DNA of 64,000 nucleotides from Escherichia coli (GTDB lineage Bacteria; Pseudomonadota; Gammaproteobacteria; Enterobacterales; Enterobacteriaceae): NCBI RefSeq assembly GCF_024502345.1, contig NZ_JALDNN010000001.1; one strand, 5' to 3'. Shown piece by piece: positions 57,198 to 64,000 of this stretch (position 1 is its first letter; each line of letters starts with the position of its first letter). The notes under the pieces were generated by a model. It saw only the letters and a program-made list of their open reading frames with translations, ran no database searches and was not told where the DNA came from. The position numbers and the translations under genes were made by a program.

Positions 57198-59630
57198 ATG
57201 ACCACACTGAAACTGGACACGCTCAGCGACCGCATTAAAGCGCACAAAAATGCGCTGGTGCATATTGTGAAACCGCCAGTCTGTACCGAGCGCGCGCAGC
57301 ACTATACCGAGATGTATCAACAACATCTCGATAAGCCGATCCCGGTACGTCGCGCGCTGGCACTGGCGCATCACCTGGCGAATCGCACCATCTGGATCAA
57401 ACACGATGAGTTGATCATTGGCAACCAGGCAAGCGAAGTTCGCGCCGCGCCGATCTTCCCGGAATATACTGTCTCGTGGATCGAAAAAGAGATTGATGAT
57501 CTGGCAGATCGTCCCGGTGCTGGCTTTGCGGTGAGCGAAGAGAACAAACGCGTTCTGCATGAAGTGTGCCCGTGGTGGCGCGGTCAGACCGTACAGGATC
57601 GCTGCTACGGCATGTTTACCGATGAGCAAAAAGGTCTGCTGGCGACCGGAATCATTAAAGCGGAAGGCAATATGACCTCCGGCGATGCGCACCTGGCGGT
57701 GAATTTCCCGCTGCTGCTGGAAAAAGGTCTTGATGGTCTGCGTGAGAAAGTAGCGGAACGTCGCTCGCGCATCAATCTGACGGTGCTGGAAGATTTACAT
57801 GGCGAACAATTCCTGAAAGCGATTGATATCGTGCTGGTGGCAGTCAGTGAACACATTGAACGTTTCGCTGCCCTGGCGCGTGAAATGGCTGCTACCGAAA
57901 CTCGCGAAAGCCGTCGCGATGAACTGCTGACGATGGCAGAAAACTGCGATCTTATCGCCCACCAGCCGCCGCAGACTTTCTGGCAGGCGCTGCAACTGTG
58001 TTACTTCATCCAATTGATTTTGCAGATCGAATCTAACGGTCACTCGGTATCGTTTGGTCGTATGGACCAGTATCTCTACCCGTACTATCGCCGCGACGTT
58101 GAACTCAACCAGACGCTGGATCGCGAACACGCCATCGAGATGCTGCATAGCTGCTGGCTGAAACTGCTGGAAGTGAACAAGATCCGCTCCGGCTCACACT
58201 CAAAAGCCTCTGCGGGAAGTCCGCTGTATCAGAACGTTACCATTGGCGGACAAAATCTGGTTGATGGTCAACCAATGGATGCAGTGAATCCCCTCTCTTA
58301 CGCGATCCTCGAATCCTGCGGTCGCCTGCGTTCCACTCAGCCTAACCTCAGCGTGCGTTACCATGCAGGAATGAGTAATGATTTCCTCGACGCCTGCGTA
58401 CAGGTGATCCGTTGCGGCTTCGGGATGCCGGCGTTCAACAACGACGAAATCGTGATCCCGGAATTTATTAAACTCGGTATTGAACCGCAGGACGCTTACG
58501 ACTACGCAGCGATTGGTTGTATCGAAACCGCCGTCGGTGGCAAATGGGGCTATCGCTGTACCGGCATGAGCTTTATCAACTTCGCCCGCGTGATGCTGGC
58601 GGCGCTGGAAGGCGGGCGTGATGCCACCAGCGGCAAAGTGTTCCTGCCACAAGAAAAAGCGTTGTCGGCAGGCAACTTTAACAATTTCGATGAAGTAATG
58701 GACGCGTGGGATACGCAAATCCGTTATTACACGCGTAAATCAATCGAAATCGAATATGTCGTCGACACCATGCTGGAAGAGAACGTACACGATATTCTCT
58801 GCTCGGCGCTGGTGGATGACTGTATTGAGCGAGCGAAAAGTATCAAGCAAGGCGGCGCGAAATATGACTGGGTTTCTGGCCTGCAGGTTGGCATTGCCAA
58901 CCTCGGCAACAGCCTGGCGGCAGTGAAGAAACTGGTATTTGAACAGGGCGCGATTGGTCAGCAACAGCTGGCTGCCGCACTGGCGGATGACTTCGATGGC
59001 CTGACTCATGAGCAACTGCGTCAGCGGCTGATTAACGGTGCGCCGAAGTACGGCAACGACGATGATACCGTCGATACGCTGCTGGCTCGCGCTTATCAGA
59101 CCTATATCGACGAACTGAAACAGTACCATAACCCGCGCTACGGTCGTGGTCCGGTTGGCGGCAACTATTACGCGGGTACCTCGTCTATCTCCGCTAACGT
59201 ACCGTTTGGCGCGCAAACTATGGCAACACCGGACGGGCGTAAAGCCCACACCCCGCTGGCAGAAGGCGCAAGCCCGGCCTCCGGTACTGACCATCTTGGC
59301 CCTACTGCGGTCATTGGCTCGGTGGGTAAACTGCCTACGGCAGCGATTCTCGGCGGCGTGTTGCTCAACCAGAAACTGAATCCGGCAACGCTGGAGAACG
59401 AATCTGACAAGCAGAAGCTGATGATCCTGCTGCGCACCTTCTTCGAGGTGCATAAAGGCTGGCATATTCAGTACAACATCGTTTCCCGCGAAACGCTGCT
59501 GGAGGCGAAAAAACATCCGGATCAGTACCGCGATCTGGTAGTGCGTGTCGCGGGTTATTCCGCCTTCTTCACCGCGCTCTCTCCAGACGCTCAGGACGAT
59601 ATCATCGCTCGTACTGAACATATGCTGTAA
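57198..59630 (+). CDS. ybiW: glycyl radical enzyme (pyruvate formate-lyase-like) YbiW
   Basis: 810-aa ORF; C-terminal glycyl-radical motif RVAGYSA; immediately downstream of its activase. Confidence 0.9.
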   Translation: MTTLKLDTLSDRIKAHKNALVHIVKPPVCTERAQHYTEMYQQHLDKPIPVRRALALAHHLANRTIWIKHDELIIGNQASEVRAAPIFPEYTVSWIEKEIDDLADRPGAGFAVSEENKRVLHEVCPWWRGQTVQDRCYGMFTDEQKGLLATGIIKAEGNMTSGDAHLAVNFPLLLEKGLDGLREKVAERRSRINLTVLEDLHGEQFLKAIDIVLVAVSEHIERFAALAREMAATETRESRRDELLTMAENCDLIAHQPPQTFWQALQLCYFIQLILQIESNGHSVSFGRMDQYLYPYYRRDVELNQTLDREHAIEMLHSCWLKLLEVNKIRSGSHSKASAGSPLYQNVTIGGQNLVDGQPMDAVNPLSYAILESCGRLRSTQPNLSVRYHAGMSNDFLDACVQVIRCGFGMPAFNNDEIVIPEFIKLGIEPQDAYDYAAIGCIETAVGGKWGYRCTGMSFINFARVMLAALEGGRDATSGKVFLPQEKALSAGNFNNFDEVMDAWDTQIRYYTRKSIEIEYVVDTMLEENVHDILCSALVDDCIERAKSIKQGGAKYDWVSGLQVGIANLGNSLAAVKKLVFEQGAIGQQQLAAALADDFDGLTHEQLRQRLINGAPKYGNDDDTVDTLLARAYQTYIDELKQYHNPRYGRGPVGGNYYAGTSSISANVPFGAQTMATPDGRKAHTPLAEGASPASGTDHLGPTAVIGSVGKLPTAAILGGVLLNQKLNPATLENESDKQKLMILLRTFFEVHKGWHIQYNIVSRETLLEAKKHPDQYRDLVVRVAGYSAFFTALSPDAQDDIIARTEHML

Positions 59631-59775
59631 TCTCTTCGGCCCGGCTGCGGCGTCGCCGGGCTAAATCATTCACATCATCAATTTCATCCTTACTTTCATT
59701 CGAAATATAATTTGTGCTCTGCGTCACATTGTTATTACACTGTTACGGTTTCATTTTCGAGCCAGGAGCACACCT

Positions 59776-60591
59776 ATGAGCGTAAAAGTTATCGTCACAG
59801 ACATGGACGGTACTTTTCTTAACGACGCCAAAACGTACAACCAACCACGTTTTATGGCGCAATATCAGGAACTGAAAAAGCGCGGCATTGAGTTCGTTGT
59901 CGCCAGCGGTAATCAGTATTACCAGCTTATTTCGTTCTTTCCTGAGCTAAAGGATGAGATCTCTTTTGTCGCGGAAAACGGCGCACTGGTTTACGAACAT
60001 GGCAAGCAACTGTTCCACGGCGAACTGACCCGACATGAATCGCGGATTGTTATTGGCGAGTTGCTAAAAGATAAGCAACTCAATTTTGTCGCCTGCGGTC
60101 TGCAAAGTGCATATGTCAGCGAAAATGCCCCCGAAGCATTTGTCGCACTGATGGCAAAACACTACCATCGCCTGAAAGCTGTAAAAGATTATCAGGAGAT
60201 TGACGACGTACTGTTCAAGTTTTCGCTCAACCTGCCAGATGAACAAATCCCGTTAGTGATCGACAAACTGCACATAGCGCTCGATGGCATTATGAAACCC
60301 GTCACCAGTGGTTTTGGCTTTATCGACCTGATTATTCCCGGTCTACATAAAGCAAACGGTATTTCGCGGTTACTGAAATGCTGGGATCTGTCACCGCAAA
60401 ATGTGGTAGCGATTGGCGACAGCGGTAACGATGCGGAGATGCTGAAAATGGCGCGTTATTCCTTTGCGATGGGCAATGCTGCGGAAAACATTAAACAAAT
60501 CGCCCGTTACGCTACCGATGATAATAATCATGAAGGCGCGCTGAATGTGATTCAGGCGGTGCTGGATAACACATCCCCTTTTAACAGCTGA
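59776..60591 (+). CDS. ybiV: HAD-superfamily (Cof-type) sugar phosphatase YbiV
   Basis: 271-aa ORF; DMDGT motif I. Confidence 0.85.
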   Translation: MSVKVIVTDMDGTFLNDAKTYNQPRFMAQYQELKKRGIEFVVASGNQYYQLISFFPELKDEISFVAENGALVYEHGKQLFHGELTRHESRIVIGELLKDKQLNFVACGLQSAYVSENAPEAFVALMAKHYHRLKAVKDYQEIDDVLFKFSLNLPDEQIPLVIDKLHIALDGIMKPVTSGFGFIDLIIPGLHKANGISRLLKCWDLSPQNVVAIGDSGNDAEMLKMARYSFAMGNAAENIKQIARYATDDNNHEGALNVIQAVLDNTSPFNS

Positions 60592-60597
60592 CCTCTC

Positions 60598-60634
60598 TAC
60601 CGGAGCCGTGCGCTCCGGTTTTCCCTTCTTTTTA
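60598..60634 (+). terminator. intrinsic terminator after ybiV
   Basis: hairpin accggagc cgtgcg ctccggt followed by TTTCCCTTCTTTTT. Confidence 0.55.
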
Positions 60635-60736
60635 CATCCTGTACATCACATCAAATCATTAAACTTGCATTAACTTATTTATAACTTATATTGTCACATG
60701 CAAATCAGAATGGTTTCGAATGAAAGTTAATGAGAG

Positions 60737-62008
60737 GTGGTTATAGCTTCTACTTTTACCAGCGACACATTGCCTGCCGATCACAAAGCAGCTATCCGTC
60801 AGATGAAGCACGCGCTGCGGGCGCAGCTTGGCGACGTCCAGCAGATCTTTAATCAGCTAAGCGATGACATTGCCACGCGAGTGGCTGAAATCAACGCACT
60901 CAAAGCACAGGGCGATGCCGTCTGGCCGGTGCTGTCTTATGCCGATATCAAAGCAGGTCATGTTACTGCAGAGCAGCGCGAACAGATTAAACGTCGCGGT
61001 TGTGCGGTGATAAAAGGCCATTTCCCCCGCGAACAAGCGCTAGGCTGGGATCAGTCGATGCTGGACTATCTGGACCGCAACCGCTTTGACGAGGTCTACA
61101 AAGGCCCCGGCGATAATTTCTTCGGGACGCTCAGCGCTTCACGTCCCGAGATTTACCCCATCTACTGGTCGCAGGCGCAAATGCAGGCCCGCCAGAGTGA
61201 AGAAATGGCGAATGCGCAGTCGTTTCTCAATCGTCTGTGGACATTTGAAAGTGATGGAAAGCAATGGTTTAACCCGGATGTGAGCGTCATCTACCCTGAC
61301 CGTATCCGCCGCCGTCCGCCCGGAACGACCTCCAAAGGTCTTGGAGCGCATACCGACTCCGGGGCGCTGGAACGCTGGCTGCTTCCAGCGTATCAGCGCG
61401 TTTTCGCCAACGTCTTTAATGGCAATCTGGCGCAATATGATCCCTAGCATGCGGCACATCGTACGGAAGTTGAAGAGTACACGGTGGACAACACCACCAA
61501 ATGTTCCGTGTTTCGGACATTCCAGGGCTGGACAGCGCTCTCTGATATGCTGCCTGGTCAGGGGTTGCTGCACGTTGTGCCCATTCCTGAAGCCATGGCG
61601 TACGTACTGTTACGTCCGCTGCTTGATGATGTGCCGGAGGATGAACTGTGCGGCGTAGCGCCCGGAAGAGTGTTGCCGGTATCAGAGCAATGGCATCCAC
61701 TGTTAATTGAGGCGTTAACCAGCATTCCAAAACTCGAGGCCGGAGACTCCGTCTGGTGGCACTGCGACGTCATCCATTCCGTTGCCCCCGTTGAAAATCA
61801 ACAGGGTTGGGGCAACGTGATGTACATTCCTGCGGCACCGATGTGCGAGAAAAATCTTGCCTACGCGCACAAGGTGAAGGCCGCACTGGAAAAAGGCGCA
61901 TCGCCGGGCGACTTCCCGCGCGAGGACTATGAAACAAACTGGGAAGGACGCTTTACGCTTGCCGACCTCAACATTCACGGTAAGCGAGCGTTGGGCATGG
62001 ATGTTTGA
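60737..62008 (+). pseudogene. ybiU: DUF1479-family protein YbiU with an in-frame TAG stop (possibly also missing its ATG start)
   Basis: ORFs 60737..61447 and 61484..62008 share one frame and are separated only by TAG at 61445..61447; the position where the K-12 start is expected (60743) reads ATA here. Confidence 0.8.
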
Positions 62009-62084
62009 GAGTTAATGGAAGTGAATTGATGTGGGATTAAGAAAATCGATTCGACGTTACTCAGATTGCTGACAAGTGCGCTTT

Positions 62085-62200
62085 CTTAATGCCTGATGCG
62101 GCGTTAACGCCTTATCTGGCCTACAAAGTCCTGCAGATTCAATATATTACAGGTACTGCGTAGGCCTGATAAGCGTAGCGCATCAGGCTATTTTGCATTT
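62085..62200. repeat. REP/BIME palindromic units
   Basis: gcctgatgcggcgttaacgccttatctggcctaca and aggcctgataagcgtagcgcatcaggc. Confidence 0.75.
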
Positions 62201-62248
62201 GTCATCAGCCGCCGTCACCCCGACAGTATCGGGGTGACGGATAATCAC

Positions 62249-63841
62249 TTACTCGATCCCTTTACTACGCAGGTAATCTTCGTAATTACCGCTAAAGTCG
62301 ATCACGCGTTCCGGGGTGATTTCCAGAATGCGGGTCGCCAGGGAGCTTACGAACTCACGGTCGTGTGAAACAAAGATCAGCGTGCCCTGATACAGTTCCA
62401 GCGCCATGTTCAGTGACTCGATGGATTCCATATCCAGGTGGTTGGTCGGTTCGTCCATGATCAGAATGTTCGGCTTCTGCATCATTAACTTACCAAACAG
62501 CATCCGCCCTTTTTCCCCACCGGAAAGCACTTTAGCTGGCTTTTTGATGTCGTCCTGGCTGAACAGCAAACGACCGAGAATGCTGCGTACCGCCTGCTCG
62601 TCATCGCCTTCCTGCTTCCACTGACTCATCCATTCGAACACGGTCAGATCATTTTCAAACTCATATTCGTGGTCCTGGGCGTAGTAACCAATGCGCGCGT
62701 TTTCAGACCATTTTACGGTGCCGCTGTCCGGTTGCAGATCGCCCACCAGCGTTTTCAGCAGCGTTGATTTACCGACGCCGTTGGTACCCAGTACCGCAAG
62801 TTTTTCACCGACCTCCAGCAGCAGGTTGAGATTTTTAAACAGTGGACCGTTATCAAACCCTTTGGTCAGACCTTCCACTTCCAGCGCGTTACGGAACAGT
62901 TTCTTATCCTGTTCAAAACGGATGAACGGGTTCTGACGGCTGGAGGCTTTCACCTCTTCCAGTTTGATTTTATCAATCTGGCGCGCGCGCGAAGTTGCCT
63001 GGCGAGATTTCGAGGCGTTGGCGCTAAAGCGGCTAACGAAAGATTGCAACTCAGCAATCTGCGCTTTCTTCTTGGCGTTATCGGCCAGCAGACGTTCACG
63101 CGCCTGGGTCGCCGCCGTCATGTACTCATCGTAGTTACCCGGATAAACGCGCAGCTCGCCGTAATCCAGATCCGCCATGTGGGTACAGACCATGTTAAGG
63201 AAGTGACGGTCGTGCGAGATGATGATCATGGTGCTGTCACGCTCGTTCAGCACCTGTTCCAGCCAGCGAATGGTGTCGATGTCGAGGTTGTTGGTCGGTT
63301 CGTCGAGCAGGAGAATATCCGGATCAGCAAACAGCGCCTGCGCCAGAAGCACACGCAGCTTCCAGCCAGGAGCAACTTCACTCATCGGGCCGTAGTGCTG
63401 TTCCACTGGAATTCCCACGCCAAGCAACAATTCACCGGCGCGAGCTTCCGCAGAGTAACCGTCCATTTCGCCGTATTTAACTTCCAGATCGGCCACTTTA
63501 TAGCCGTCTTCCTCACTCATTTCCGGCAAAGCATAGATGCGGTCACGCTCCTGCTTCACTTCCCACAACTCTTTATGCCCCATGATCACCGTATCCAGCA
63601 CAGTGAACTCTTCAAAGGCAAACTGATCCTGACGCAGCTTACCAATGCGCTCGTTGGGATCGAGGGAAACGTTACCCAAAGTCGGCTCTAAGTCGCCGCC
63701 GAGGATCTTCATAAAGGTGGATTTACCACTACCGTTCGCGCCAATCAGGCCGTAACGGTTGCCGCCGCCAAATTTGACGGAAATGTTTTCAAACAACGGC
63801 TTACTGCCGAACTGCATGGTGACGTTACTGGAAACTAACAC
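62249..63841 (-). CDS. ybiT: ABC-F family ATPase YbiT
   Basis: 530-aa ORF with two ABC domains (Walker [10 protein letters not shown] and GTNGVGKST) and no membrane domain. Confidence 0.9.
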
Positions 63842-64000
63842 AGGCGTATCCTGAAAAGAGATATGACAAACCGCGCATTATGCCATAAGTCTGAAAGAAG
63901 ATCCTGCTCCTCGCTTAAGGTCTACACTCAAGCCAAAGGCAAAAAATGTGATTTCGTACACATCTGATTTCACTGTGAGCTGGAATGAACTTATAATGCG

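Noticed and set aside
58740-59621. 293-aa minus-strand ORF inside ybiW
   Set aside because: Antisense to the glycyl-radical enzyme gene; no RBS or domain features.
62211-62240. Hairpin ccgtcaccccga cagtat cggggtgacgg between ybiU and ybiT as an intrinsic terminator
   Set aside because: Strong stem but no clear U-run on either strand; left uncalled as a terminator (possibly Rho-dependent or a structural element).
63044-63691. 215-aa plus-strand ORF inside ybiT
   Set aside because: Antisense to the ABC-F ATPase gene.
1-64000. CRISPR arrays, rRNA or tRNA genes, prophage modules
   Set aside because: No regularly spaced direct repeats, no rRNA- or tRNA-like sequence, and no phage structural or integrase genes were seen; the only mobile DNA is the single IS1.

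Overview
This window is a core Escherichia coli chromosomal segment, co-linear with the K-12 aqpZ to ybiT region but in reverse orientation to the reference map. Gene order is aqpZ, lysO, hcp-hcr, poxB, ltaE, ybjT, ybjS, amiD, ybjQ, [insert], ybjP, artPIQM, artJ, rlmC, ybjO, potIHGF, ybjN, rimK, nfsA, ybjC, grxA, ybjM, ybjL, rcdA, ybjJ, ybjI, ybjH, mdfA, ybjG, deoR, dacC, gstB, yliI, bssR, rimO, dgcI, pdeI, gsiDCBA, iaaA, moeAB, fsaA, ybiY, ybiW, ybiV, ybiU, ybiT. Gene names were assigned by recognising the encoded proteins and visible motifs, not by any database search. Three things depart from that backbone. (1) An AT-rich islet of roughly 2.4 kb sits between ybjQ and ybjP and carries a single orphan 599-aa ORF (12068..13867, minus strand) whose C-terminal third is a long run of pentapeptide-like repeats; this is the best candidate for an undescribed horizontally acquired function (effector-like or defence-like), with no mobility genes beside it. 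(2) A complete 768-bp IS1 element (43917..44684) with a perfect 9-bp target-site duplication interrupts pdeI (yliE), directly upstream of dgcI. (3) ybiU is split by an in-frame TAG stop and may also have lost its ATG start. The rest is ordinary housekeeping sequence with REP clusters, intrinsic terminators and recognisable FNR/NsrR and ArgR operator-like sites. No rRNA, tRNA, CRISPR array or prophage was seen.
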